Under the pieces are notes generated by a model. It was given only the letters and a program-made list of their open reading frames with translations, searched no databases and was not told the origin of the DNA. Of a DNA stretch of 32,000 nt, positions 9,915-18,150 are shown piece after piece. The DNA is from Geobacter sulfurreducens PCA (GTDB taxonomy: Bacteria > Desulfobacterota > Desulfuromonadia > Geobacterales > Geobacteraceae), in contig NC_002939.5 in NCBI RefSeq assembly GCF_000007985.2, positions 1,980,001 to 2,012,000 on the forward strand. The letters run 5' to 3'. How positions within the stretch are numbered: the first letter of the stretch is position 1; each line of letters starts with the position of its first letter. Made by a program: the position numbers and the translations under genes.

Positions 9915-12530
9915 TCAGACCATCCTTTTCAATTCGTCCAGGATATTGAGCGCTTCAAGGGGGGTGAGAGCTGCAATATTCAAACCAGCAATCCGGCGAC
10001 GCAGCAGGTCGTCCCCCTGGTCGAAGAGGGACAGCTGCGGCGACGGCTTCGGCGCTCCGGCCCTTTTCCCCCGGGCGATGCGCGGTATGCCCCCTTCGGC
10101 ATACTCTCCCTTTTCGAGGTTATGGAGAATCTCTTTGGCCCGCTCGATAACCTCCTGCGGAAGTCCGGCCAAGCGGGCCACCTGAATACCGTAGGAGTGG
10201 GAGGCCCCTCCCTCGACGATCTTGCGGAGAAAGATTACCTGATCGTTCCACTCCTTCACCGCCACATTACAGTTCTTGACCCGGTTGCGTGTCACCGCAA
10301 GCTCGGTCAGTTCGTGGTAGTGGGTGGCAAAGAGGGTCTTTGCCGCACACCGCTCCGTGTCGTGCAGATACTCGGCCACGGCCCAGGCAATGGAAACACC
10401 ATCGAAGGTGGATGTTCCCCGGCCGATCTCATCGAGCACGACCAAGCTGCGCGGCGTTGCATTGCGCAGAATCGCCGCGGTTTCCATCATCTCGACCATG
10501 AAGGTCGACTGGCCCCGCGCCAGATTGTCCGATGCGCCGACCCGGGTGAAGATGCGGTCGACCACGCCGATGCTGGCTTCGTCGGCAGGCACGAAGGACC
10601 CCGTCTGGGCCATGAGAACAATCAGGGCCACCTGTCGCATGAAGGTCGACTTACCGGCCATGTTGGGACCAGTGATGATGACCAACTGGTTCTCACCGTT
10701 GTCGAGCTGCACATCATTGGCAACAAACCGCTCGGACCGGTTCAGGGCTTCCACCACGGGATGGCGGCCGCCGGTGACGACGATGGCGTCCCCTTCGTCC
10801 ACCGTCGGCCTGACATAGCGATGGTCGTGGGCCACGTCGGCCAGGGCCGCCAGCACGTCCAGAGTCGCAAGCCGGTCCGCAGTGCGGGCGATCCGCTCCC
10901 CCTGGGCCGCCACCCGCTGGCGGATATCCTGGAAGAGTGCGTATTCCAGCTCAACGATCCTGTCTTCGGCCCCGAGCACTTTTTCCTCGTACTCTTTCAG
11001 CTCAGGCGTGATGAAACGCTCGGCATTGGCCAGGGTCTGGCGCCGGATGTAGTCGTCCGGGATGGCTGACAGGTTCGACTTGGTCACCTCGATGTAATAA
11101 CCAAACACCTTATTGTAGCGAACCTTGAGCGACGAAATACCGGTGCGCGCCTTTTCCTGGGCTTCAAGGCGGGCAATGAACCCCTTCCCTTCCCGGCTGA
11201 TGCTGCGTAGTTCGTCAAGCTCGGAGTGGTACCCTTGCGCGATGATCCCCCCTTCACGGAGAACAAAGGGAGGATCTGGCACGATGCCACGGCCGATCAG
11301 CTCCTCCACGTCCGCGAGGAGATCAATCCCGTCGCGCAATCTGGCCAGGAGCGTTGAGGCTGCCGGCGTCAGAAGGGCAATGAGCGACGGCAACCGTACC
11401 AGGGAAGCGCGCAGGGCGACCAGATCTTTGGCCGAAGCCGAAGCGAGGCTGATCCGGCCGTTAAGCCGCTCCAGGTCATAGACGCCGTCAAGGGCCGCCC
11501 GAACCCCCTGCCTGAACTCGGCATCAGCGACCAGCTCCTCGACCGCATCAAGTCGTTCGTTTATTTTTTCTATGGATACAAGCGGATAATTAATCCACTG
11601 TTTGAGCTTCCTCCCCCCCATTGCCGTCACGGTCCGGTCCAGCAAGCCAAGGAGAGAGCCGCGCCGCTTTCCATCGCCAATGGTGGCGTTCAGCTCCAGG
11701 TTGCGCCGGGAAGACTCGTCCAGCACCAGGAACTCCTGGGTACGGTACGCCTGAAGGTAGCTGATATGGCGAACGTCCCCCTTTTGGGTCTGCTGCAGAT
11801 AGTGGAGCACCGCGGCAACGGCCCTGAGGCCGCAGTCCATGCTGCCGCACCCAGCCGCCTCCGCAGAGGCGACACCAAAATGATTACGCACCATGCGTTC
11901 GGCATACTCGGCGTCGTACACCCATTCATCAACATAGCTGAGCATCCGCCCCGCCGCCAGGTCCGGGCGTTCACTCCCCGCCCCCCCGTCCCTGAACGAA
12001 AGGGGCATCAGGATTTCACGGGGGTTGACGCAGGCGACCTCCGCCCACGCGGCATCGGCTGAATCAGTTTCGGTTACTCGGAAATCACCTGTGGAGAGAT
12101 CGAGATAGGCAACCCCCCAGCGGTCCGGGCCGGGGAAAAGAGACAGAAGATAATTATTCTCCTTGGGAGAAAGGCTTTCGGCGTCAATCACCAGGCCAGG
12201 GGTAACCACCTTGACCACTTCCCGCTTGACGATCCCCTTGACGCTTTTTGGGTCCTCGACCTGTTCGCAGATGGCGACCTTCTCGCCCGCCTCGACCAGT
12301 TTGGCGATATACGGTGCCGCCGAATGAAAAGGGACACCGCAGAGTGGAATGTCGGCACCGTCGCCCCCCTTGTTGCGCGAAGTCAGGGTGATGTCAAGGA
12401 TACGCGATGCCTTGACCGCATCGTCAAGGAACATTTCGTAGAAATCGCCCAGACGAAAAAAGAGGATCGCGTCAGGATGATCAGCCTTGATCTCCAGATA
12501 TTGGCGCATCATGGGAGTAAGTTCGGACAT
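9915..12530 (-). CDS. mutS: DNA mismatch repair protein MutS
   Basis: 871 aa. [34 protein letters not shown] is the mismatch-binding motif and GPNMAGKST is the Walker A. Full-length MutS architecture. Confidence 0.97.
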   Translation of the reverse strand: MSELTPMMRQYLEIKADHPDAILFFRLGDFYEMFLDDAVKASRILDITLTSRNKGGDGADIPLCGVPFHSAAPYIAKLVEAGEKVAICEQVEDPKSVKGIVKREVVKVVTPGLVIDAESLSPKENNYLLSLFPGPDRWGVAYLDLSTGDFRVTETDSADAAWAEVACVNPREILMPLSFRDGGAGSERPDLAAGRMLSYVDEWVYDAEYAERMVRNHFGVASAEAAGCGSMDCGLRAVAAVLHYLQQTQKGDVRHISYLQAYRTQEFLVLDESSRRNLELNATIGDGKRRGSLLGLLDRTVTAMGGRKLKQWINYPLVSIEKINERLDAVEELVADAEFRQGVRAALDGVYDLERLNGRISLASASAKDLVALRASLVRLPSLIALLTPAASTLLARLRDGIDLLADVEELIGRGIVPDPPFVLREGGIIAQGYHSELDELRSISREGKGFIARLEAQEKARTGISSLKVRYNKVFGYYIEVTKSNLSAIPDDYIRRQTLANAERFITPELKEYEEKVLGAEDRIVELEYALFQDIRQRVAAQGERIARTADRLATLDVLAALADVAHDHRYVRPTVDEGDAIVVTGGRHPVVEALNRSERFVANDVQLDNGENQLVIITGPNMAGKSTFMRQVALIVLMAQTGSFVPADEASIGVVDRIFTRVGASDNLARGQSTFMVEMMETAAILRNATPRSLVVLDEIGRGTSTFDGVSIAWAVAEYLHDTERCAAKTLFATHYHELTELAVTRNRVKNCNVAVKEWNDQVIFLRKIVEGGASHSYGIQVARLAGLPQEVIERAKEILHNLEKGEYAEGGIPRIARGKRAGAPKPSPQLSLFDQGDDLLRRRIAGLNIAALTPLEALNILDELKRMV

Positions 12531-12565
12531 GGGAAAAACCTTGCTGCCGGTGGAATTGAAGGGGT

Positions 12566-12594
12566 ATCGTAACAGAAAAATCCGTCCGTTGCAA
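12566..12594 (-). promoter_or_regulatory. Candidate sigma70 promoter for the mutS-amiC-glnD-xerD gene string
   Basis: On the minus strand: TTGCAA, 17 nt, TACGAT, with a TGn extended -10 (TGTTACGAT). It lies 36-64 nt upstream of the mutS ATG. Pattern match only. Confidence 0.3.
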
Positions 12595-12640
12595 AACCGA
12601 AACCCCCTTTATCATCAGGTTCCATGGCCGATCCGTTGTG

Positions 12641-12674
12641 AAAAACAAAAAAGGGGCTAGCATGAGCTAGCCCC
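12641..12674 (-). terminator. Rho-independent terminator downstream of tRNA-Cys
   Basis: 9-bp perfect stem GGGGCTAGC-atga-GCTAGCCCC (12653-12674). On the minus-strand transcript it is followed by UUUUUUGUUUUU (12641-12652). Confidence 0.8.
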
Positions 12675-12684
12675 TTTTGCGTAC

Positions 12685-12759
12685 TGGAGGCGGCGACCGG
12701 ATTTGAACCGGTGAATAAAGGTTTTGCAGACCTTTGCCTTACCACTTGGCGACGCCGCC
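12685..12759 (-). tRNA. tRNA-Cys (anticodon GCA)
   Basis: The reverse complement reads GGCGGCGTCGCCAAGTGGTAAGGCAAAGGTCTGCAAAACCTTTATTCACCGGTTCAAATCCGGTCGCCGCCTCCA. It has a 7-bp acceptor stem, an anticodon stem AAGGT/ACCTT with loop CTGCAAA, a T arm ACCGG-TTCAAAT-CCGGT, discriminator U and an encoded CCA. Length 75 nt. Confidence 0.95.
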
Positions 12760-12780
12760 GATCATCAAATCGGACTTTGG

Positions 12781-12809
12781 TTTATACCGGTTTTGTCATC
12801 TCCTGTCAA
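12781..12809 (-). promoter_or_regulatory. Near-consensus sigma70 promoter for tRNA-Cys
   Basis: On the minus strand: TTGACA (12804-12809), a 17-nt spacer, then TATAAA (12781-12786). The -10 element ends about 21 nt upstream of the mature tRNA 5' end. Confidence 0.7.
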
Positions 12810-12957
12810 CGTCAAAAAATGGCATCGATGAGCCAGCCAAGGCCGCTTCCGGGATACCGGCTTGACAGACAGCAACTTTGCATGAAAAAATGCGCCCTTC
12901 GCGGGACCATGTAAAACTTTGAACAAAAACAGCATCGTAGAGAAAGGAAAACACGTC

Positions 12958-13143
12958 ATGGCTGAGCAAACTGCATGCAGTTGCGGAGAAAAACATCAGG
13001 GACATCTCTGCGTCCTCAAGAGCAAGGGACTCATGGACGAAGTCCGGCACCTGACATCATCGCCCACGGTATCCTGTTTCATGTGCGGTGCTGAGGCTAA
13101 CTCGGCCGACAATGTCTGCGAACCGGTGCCGCTGGACAAATAG
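12958..13143 (+). CDS. 61-aa Cys-rich hypothetical protein
   Basis: ATG at 12958 follows AAAGGAAA. Sequence: MAEQTACSCGEKHQGHLCVLKSKGLMDEVRHLTSSPTVSCFMCGAEANSADNVCEPVPLDK. It has six Cys (CxC-x8-C ... CxxC-x10-C). It lies in a visibly more AT-rich patch next to the tRNA. The track start at 12919 is TTG. Coding status unproven. Confidence 0.5.
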   Translation: MAEQTACSCGEKHQGHLCVLKSKGLMDEVRHLTSSPTVSCFMCGAEANSADNVCEPVPLDK

Positions 13144-13149
13144 CACCCG

Positions 13150-13743
13150 CTAGCGGGCAATAACCTTGGTGAACTTGACGAGGTAGTCGACACCGGACCA
13201 GATGGTAATGATGGTGGCGATCCAGAGGTAGAACATCCCCACGTTATGCATATTTACGTAAAGATAGGGATGATCGATGCCGAAGAACCAGTGGTAATCG
13301 AAGTGGAGCAGGATGCCGAGGATGGCCACGATCTGAAAGATGGTCTTGAATTTACCCAGATCACTGGCCGGGATGACGATCCCTTCGGTGGAGGCGATGC
13401 CGCGCAGGCCCGTAATGATGATTTCTCTGCCAAGGATGACCAGCACCATCCAGGCGGGTATTCTGTTGAAGGGAAGAACCATGATCAGTGCCGCCATCAC
13501 CATCAGCTTGTCGGCAATGGGATCGAGAAACTTGCCGAACACCGTGACGATCTCCATCTTGCGCGCCAGGTAGCCGTCCAGCCAGTCGGTGACCGAGGCT
13601 ATTGCGAAAACCGCTGCTGCCCAGAAGCCCGCTTCTTTCGAGGGCGAAAGCAACAGTACCGCCATGACCGGAATCAGGGCAATTCGGACAAGGGTCAGGA
13701 TATTGGGCACGTTCCAGATGGTGCTGGCGGATTCGGGGGCCAT
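13150..13743 (-). CDS. pgsA: CDP-diacylglycerol--glycerol-3-phosphate 3-phosphatidyltransferase
   Basis: CDP-alcohol phosphotransferase motif (DWLDGYLARK...GKFLDPIADK) and multiple TM helices. First ATG at 13743; an alternative TTG at 13755 would overlap the upstream stop. Confidence 0.9.
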   Translation of the reverse strand: MAPESASTIWNVPNILTLVRIALIPVMAVLLLSPSKEAGFWAAAVFAIASVTDWLDGYLARKMEIVTVFGKFLDPIADKLMVMAALIMVLPFNRIPAWMVLVILGREIIITGLRGIASTEGIVIPASDLGKFKTIFQIVAILGILLHFDYHWFFGIDHPYLYVNMHNVGMFYLWIATIITIWSGVDYLVKFTKVIAR

Positions 13744-13751
13744 TGGCTGTC

Positions 13752-14360
13752 TCAATTCGTCTGGTAGGATTTCTGGTAACTGAGCACCCGATCAATATAG
13801 GTGCGGGTTTCCTGGTACGGGGGGACGCCTCCGTACTGGGCAACCCTCGACATGCCGGCATTGTAAGCGGCTAGGGCCAGGGTCACATCCCCCTTGAATG
13901 TATCAAGGAGGAAGCGGAGATAACGCACTCCCCCCTTGATGTTATCCTTGGGGTCAAAGGAGTTGGCAACCTTCAGGTCCTTGGCTGTTTTCGGCATCAG
14001 CTGCATCAGGCCGCTGGCCCCCTTGGGGGACAAAGCATTGGGATTATAGCCCGATTCAGCGTGAATAACCGCTTTTACCAGGGAACGGTCGACACCGAAT
14101 TCAAGGGCGCACTGATCGATAATCGGCTCGAACTCCTTGGGATCGCGGGCGCAATTAGCCAGCCGAAAGGTTGTCCGGAGCTTCTTGTCGCGCTTGATGT
14201 CGCGCATGAAGACCTTGAAGCGCTTATCGGTGGGGGCGTCGGTAAAATGGACGACCCCCTCTTCATCCTCGTAACGGTAGATGTCGGCGCGGGCCGGCGC
14301 GACTGCTGCAGAACAGATCATCGCCCCTGCCAGCAACATGATCGTCAACGTCTTTGTCAT
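13752..14360 (-). CDS. Lytic transglycosylase (SLT domain) with DUF4124-like N-terminal module
   Basis: ATG at 14360 follows GGAGGTG. Signal peptide, then ADIYRYEDEEGVVHFTDAP, then an SLT catalytic region (VIHAESGYNPNALSPKGASGLMQLMP...AYNAG). Confidence 0.85.
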   Translation of the reverse strand: MTKTLTIMLLAGAMICSAAVAPARADIYRYEDEEGVVHFTDAPTDKRFKVFMRDIKRDKKLRTTFRLANCARDPKEFEPIIDQCALEFGVDRSLVKAVIHAESGYNPNALSPKGASGLMQLMPKTAKDLKVANSFDPKDNIKGGVRYLRFLLDTFKGDVTLALAAYNAGMSRVAQYGGVPPYQETRTYIDRVLSYQKSYQTN

Positions 14361-14477
14361 TACACCTCCACAGCGGTTATGGCATGCGCCGCTGCGTAAA
14401 GCCATTCAAAATATAGACCAACGCGATTGCCAATGCAACCCAAAGGGAGCCGCACATCGCCCAAGCGCCCAAAACCC

Positions 14478-14506
14478 TTGACAAACCACAGACGGGGGAG
14501 AATAAT
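14478..14506 (+). promoter_or_regulatory. Candidate sigma70 promoter for nadB operon
   Basis: TTGACA (14478-14483), a 17-nt spacer, then AATAAT (14501-14506). It lies about 68 nt upstream of the nadB ATG. Confidence 0.55.
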
Positions 14507-14573
14507 CGCCCAGTTATTCCGTTTACACACAAACCCTGCTGTTACTTTTCCTTTCCCTTCTAGGAGACACGCA

Positions 14574-16169
14574 ATGAAGATCCAGAGCGATTTTCTGGTC
14601 ATTGGCAGCGGAATCGCCGGCCTCGCCTTCGCGCTCCAGGCAGCGCGTCATGGAACCGTCGCAATAGTGACAAAACGCGAAGTAACCGAGTCGGCGACGA
14701 ATTACGCCCAAGGTGGAATCGCATCGGTTTTTTCCCAAGACGATACTTTTGACGCTCACGTGGAAGACACCCTGGTCGCCGGCGCGGGTATCTGCCACGA
14801 AGACGTGGTCAGAATGGTGGTGGAGGAAGGCCCGAAGGTCATCAGGAACCTGATCGAATGGGGAGTGCAGTTTACCCGCAGCGGCGAGGCCTTCGACCTG
14901 ACCCGCGAGGGCGGTCACAGCCAGCGGCGCATCCTGCACGCCGACGACGTCACCGGCCGCGAAATCGAGCGGGCGCTGGTGGCGGCGGCCCGGGAAAACC
15001 CCAACATCCGCATTTACGAACACCATATTGCCATCGACCTCATCACAGAGGCGAAAGTGACCCGCAAGCGGGTGGCCCCCAACCGCTGCCTCGGCGCTCA
15101 TGTCCTCGGTATCGAAGACAATGTCGTGAGAACATTCACCGCCAAGATCACCCTGCTTGCCACCGGCGGGGCGGGCAAGGTCTATCTCTACACCTGCAAT
15201 CCCGACGTGGCCACGGGCGATGGCGTCGCCATGGCCTACCGTGCCGGCGCCACCATCGCCAATATGGAGTTCATGCAGTTCCACCCCACCACCCTTTACC
15301 ACCCCCATGCAAAATCCTTCCTCATATCCGAGGCGGTGCGTGGCGAAGGGGCGATTCTGCGGCGTCGCGACGGCACCGCGTTCATGGAAAAATATCACAA
15401 GCTCAAGGACCTGGCTCCTCGCGACATCGTGGCGCGGGCCATCGACAACGAGATGAAAACCCATGGGGAAGACTGCGTCTTCCTTGACATTACCCACAAG
15501 GACCCCGAGTACGTCAGAAATCGCTTCCCCAACATCTACCAGACCTGCCTTGAGTTTGGGCTCGACATGACCAGGGATCCGCTGCCGGTGGTTCCCGCAG
15601 CACACTATCTCTGCGGTGGGGTGGCCGTGGATGCCAACGGCGAAACCGATATCCGCTACCTTTATGCGATCGGCGAAGCCGCCTTCACCGGCCTGCACGG
15701 GGCAAACCGCCTGGCGAGCAACTCCCTGCTTGAGGCCGCGGTCTATGCCGGACGCGCCTATCAGCACGCAGTGGAGGAACTGCGGCAGAACCACTTCGAA
15801 TTCCCGGTCATTCCCGAGTGGGATTCAGGCACTGCCACGGATAGCGACGAGATGGTGGTCGTCTCCCAGAACTGGGACGAAATACGGCGCTTTATGTGGA
15901 ATTACGTGGGAATCGTCCGTTCCGACAAGCGGCTGGAGCGTGCCCTGCGGCGCATCCGCCTCATCCAGGAGGAAATCGAGGATTACTACTGGAACTTCAC
16001 CGTAACTTCCGACCTGATCGAGCTGCGCAACATCGCCACCGTGGCCGAACTCATCGTCAAGTGCGCTCTCCAGCGCAAGGAATCCCGGGGACTCCACTAC
16101 ACCATCAACTACCCGGAACGCGACGACATCCACTGCAGACACGATACCTTCATCAAGAAGCAATTCTGA
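14574..16169 (+). CDS. nadB: L-aspartate oxidase
   Basis: ATG at 14574 follows AGGAGA. FAD motif [12 protein letters not shown], plus the family signature (AQGGIA, HPT...EA(V)[19 protein letters not shown]). 531 aa. Confidence 0.95.
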   Translation: MKIQSDFLVIGSGIAGLAFALQAARHGTVAIVTKREVTESATNYAQGGIASVFSQDDTFDAHVEDTLVAGAGICHEDVVRMVVEEGPKVIRNLIEWGVQFTRSGEAFDLTREGGHSQRRILHADDVTGREIERALVAAARENPNIRIYEHHIAIDLITEAKVTRKRVAPNRCLGAHVLGIEDNVVRTFTAKITLLATGGAGKVYLYTCNPDVATGDGVAMAYRAGATIANMEFMQFHPTTLYHPHAKSFLISEAVRGEGAILRRRDGTAFMEKYHKLKDLAPRDIVARAIDNEMKTHGEDCVFLDITHKDPEYVRNRFPNIYQTCLEFGLDMTRDPLPVVPAAHYLCGGVAVDANGETDIRYLYAIGEAAFTGLHGANRLASNSLLEAAVYAGRAYQHAVEELRQNHFEFPVIPEWDSGTATDSDEMVVVSQNWDEIRRFMWNYVGIVRSDKRLERALRRIRLIQEEIEDYYWNFTVTSDLIELRNIATVAELIVKCALQRKESRGLHYTINYPERDDIHCRHDTFIKKQF

Positions 16170-16176
16170 GGCGGCA

Positions 16177-16488
16177 ATGACCATAGACCAGATACGCCAG
16201 GAAATCGACCGGCTGGACAGCGAACTGCTGCGGATCTTCAACCGTCGGGCAGGGCTTGCCCTGGAAATCGGTGCCATCAAGAAAGACAAGGGGTTGCCGG
16301 TCTATGACCCGACCCGGGAAAAAAAGATCTTCGAGCGGATGCAACGGGAAAACACCGGTCCCCTGGACGACGGAGCCATTGTGCGGCTTTTCGAACGGGT
16401 CATTGACGAATCGCGGCGACTGGAACGAATAATGACGCACCGCGGGGAATCCGACGGCAGGAAGGAGCCATCATGCTCATCATCATGA
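16177..16488 (+). CDS. Chorismate mutase, AroQ class
   Basis: 103 aa. IDQIRQEIDRLDSELLRIFNRRAGLALEIGAIKKDKGLPVYDPTREKKIFERM is the canonical AroQ helix-bundle signature. Starts 7 nt after the nadB stop, with a GAGG RBS. Confidence 0.85.
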   Translation: MTIDQIRQEIDRLDSELLRIFNRRAGLALEIGAIKKDKGLPVYDPTREKKIFERMQRENTGPLDDGAIVRLFERVIDESRRLERIMTHRGESDGRKEPSCSSS

Positions 16489-16682
16489 AAAAAAGCGCCG
16501 ATGAAGAGGCGCTCGTGAAGATAAAGGAATATCTGATCAACCGCAACTTCGACATCCACCAGTCCACCGGCGCCAACCGAACCATCATCGGTGTCATCGG
16601 TGACACGGAAACCCTGGATGCCCCCACCCTGGAGCGGATGCCCGGCGTTCTGCAGGTGGTCAGGATATCCAAGGAAGAGTAG
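16473..16682 (+). CDS. Stand-alone ferredoxin-like (ACT-like) domain homologous to the N-terminal regulatory domain of Thermotoga-type DAH7P synthase
   Basis: 69 aa, MLIIMKKSADEEALVKIKEYLINRNFDIHQSTGANRTIIGVIGDTETLDAPTLERMPGVLQVVRISKEE. From memory it aligns end to end with the T. maritima DAH7PS N-terminus (MIVVLKPGSTEEDIRKVV...ERTVIGIIGDD...VESVVRVLKPYK). It has its own AGGAAGGAG RBS and overlaps the chorismate mutase 3' end by 16 nt. Confidence 0.7.
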   Translation: MLIIMKKSADEEALVKIKEYLINRNFDIHQSTGANRTIIGVIGDTETLDAPTLERMPGVLQVVRISKEE

Positions 16683-16684
16683 GC

Positions 16685-17488
16685 TTAATAGACCGCAACC
16701 GCCGCGTAGGCAACCACCTGCCTGTTGTCCCCCGTGACATCGCCACTGGTTCCGTACCTGATCAGTTCCGCCCGGGACGCGCCGAGCTCCCGAGCCGCCA
16801 CCAGCATGACCGTCGACGGGATCACCCCGCACATGGTTATGCCCCGTTGCCGGCACACCTTTAACAACCCTTCGGCGTCCAGCGCCAGCACACACGAAAG
16901 CGCGGCCTCATCCTTGAGCCGGGCACTCTCCGCCGACTCGTAATGGGTCATGTCGGAGCTCGCCACGATCAGGACCTCCTCGCCATAGGCAGCAATTGCC
17001 CGGGCCAGCCCCTCCCCCACCTGGCGACACCAGCCATACCCGCCGCCACCCAGACACATCGGTACAATGGCAACATCACTATTGAGATAGCGCAGGAACG
17101 GCACCTGCACCTCCAGCGAATGTTCGAAGCGGTGGGCAATTACATCGGGTTCCGCCTGGGGCACGTGTTCAAGAACGAGCGAGGAAAGCCGCTGCTCGAT
17201 CGGGACCTCCCCCAGAGGCGACAACCATGTTCCGTCGGGGTAGAGCGAGGCGGCAGCGCCAAGGCCATGATGGTTGGGTCCGAGGATGACAACGGTGCGG
17301 GGGATGACAATCGAACCGTAGACGGCGCCGGCAATGGCGCCGGAATACATATAGCCGGCGTGGGGGGCGATGACGCCGGTTACGCGGCGCGGGGCAGGCA
17401 CGGGCCGGATCAGGTGGCCGAGCTCCTCCCTGAGCCTGCGGGGATCGTCGGTATAGAACTGTCCGGCCACTGCTGGTTGACGTACCAT
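16685..17488 (-). CDS. MEMO1-family protein (AmmeMemoRadiSam system protein B)
   Basis: ATG at 17488 follows GGAGGA. MVRQPAVAGQFY ... GVIAPHAGYMYSG ... LGPNHH ... SSDMTHY are characteristic Memo-family motifs. 267 aa. Confidence 0.85.
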   Translation of the reverse strand: MVRQPAVAGQFYTDDPRRLREELGHLIRPVPAPRRVTGVIAPHAGYMYSGAIAGAVYGSIVIPRTVVILGPNHHGLGAAASLYPDGTWLSPLGEVPIEQRLSSLVLEHVPQAEPDVIAHRFEHSLEVQVPFLRYLNSDVAIVPMCLGGGGYGWCRQVGEGLARAIAAYGEEVLIVASSDMTHYESAESARLKDEAALSCVLALDAEGLLKVCRQRGITMCGVIPSTVMLVAARELGASRAELIRYGTSGDVTGDNRQVVAYAAVAVY

Positions 17489-17562
17489 GGCATCCTCCTT
17501 GACACCCGTAACCTCGTGCCGCCCCCCTGTGGCAACGTGTCGACGTATAACGTATACCACAT

Positions 17563-18150
17563 TTACGGCTCTCTGCCCTCTTCCGGAGGAGCAGCCAGCG
17601 GCAGTTCCTCCTGCTGCTCGAATACCGCGGTTTCGGAAAGCTCGCGGATCTCCCTGAGTGACGGCAGACTCTTCAGGTCCTTCAGGGCAAACAGTTCGAG
17701 AAATTCGCGGGTGGTGCCGTAGATGAGAGGTTTCCCTGGAATATCGCGCTTGCCGAGAATCTTGATGAGCTTCTTCTCCAGAAGGGTCTTCAGCACCCCG
17801 CCCGAATCAACCCCGCGCAGGTACTCGATTTCGGCTCGGGTGACCGGCTGACGGTAGGCGATGATGGCCAGTGTCTCCAGAGCAGACTGGCTGAACCGGG
17901 CCGGCCGGGCCTTGGTGAGCCGCCGGATCACATCTCCGTTGCCGGCGGGAGTCCGGAACTGGAATCCGCCCCCCACCTCAGCCAGGATAATACCCCGGCC
18001 CTCTCCGCCATAGCGTTCCAGCAGGCGATCAAGAGCCTCGCGAATAGCGGCCCGGTCGAACTCCTCCAGCAATGAGCAGAGACGATCCAGAGACAACGGT
18101 GTCTCTGAAACGAAAAGCAGGCTTTCCACAAGGGACTCAAGCCGGTGCAT
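17563..18150 (-). CDS. scpB: Segregation and condensation protein B
   Basis: 195 aa. The ScpB winged-helix signature is present (LESLLFVSETPLSL, ALETLAIIAYRQPVTRAEIEYLRGVDSGGVLKTLLEKKLI). The start overlaps the scpA 3' end by 14 nt. Confidence 0.9.
   Translation of the reverse strand: MHRLESLVESLLFVSETPLSLDRLCSLLEEFDRAAIREALDRLLERYGGEGRGIILAEVGGGFQFRTPAGNGDVIRRLTKARPARFSQSALETLAIIAYRQPVTRAEIEYLRGVDSGGVLKTLLEKKLIKILGKRDIPGKPLIYGTTREFLELFALKDLKSLPSLREIRELSETAVFEQQEELPLAAPPEEGREP

Noticed and set aside
16473-16496. Possible programmed -1 frameshift fusing chorismate mutase to the ferredoxin-like domain via the A7 run (16488-16494)
   Set aside because: The A-run begins at the last base of the chorismate mutase TGA stop (16486-16488). 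A ribosome in the mutase frame therefore terminates before it could slip. The downstream ORF also has its own good RBS and ATG. Ordinary overlap coupling is the simpler reading.
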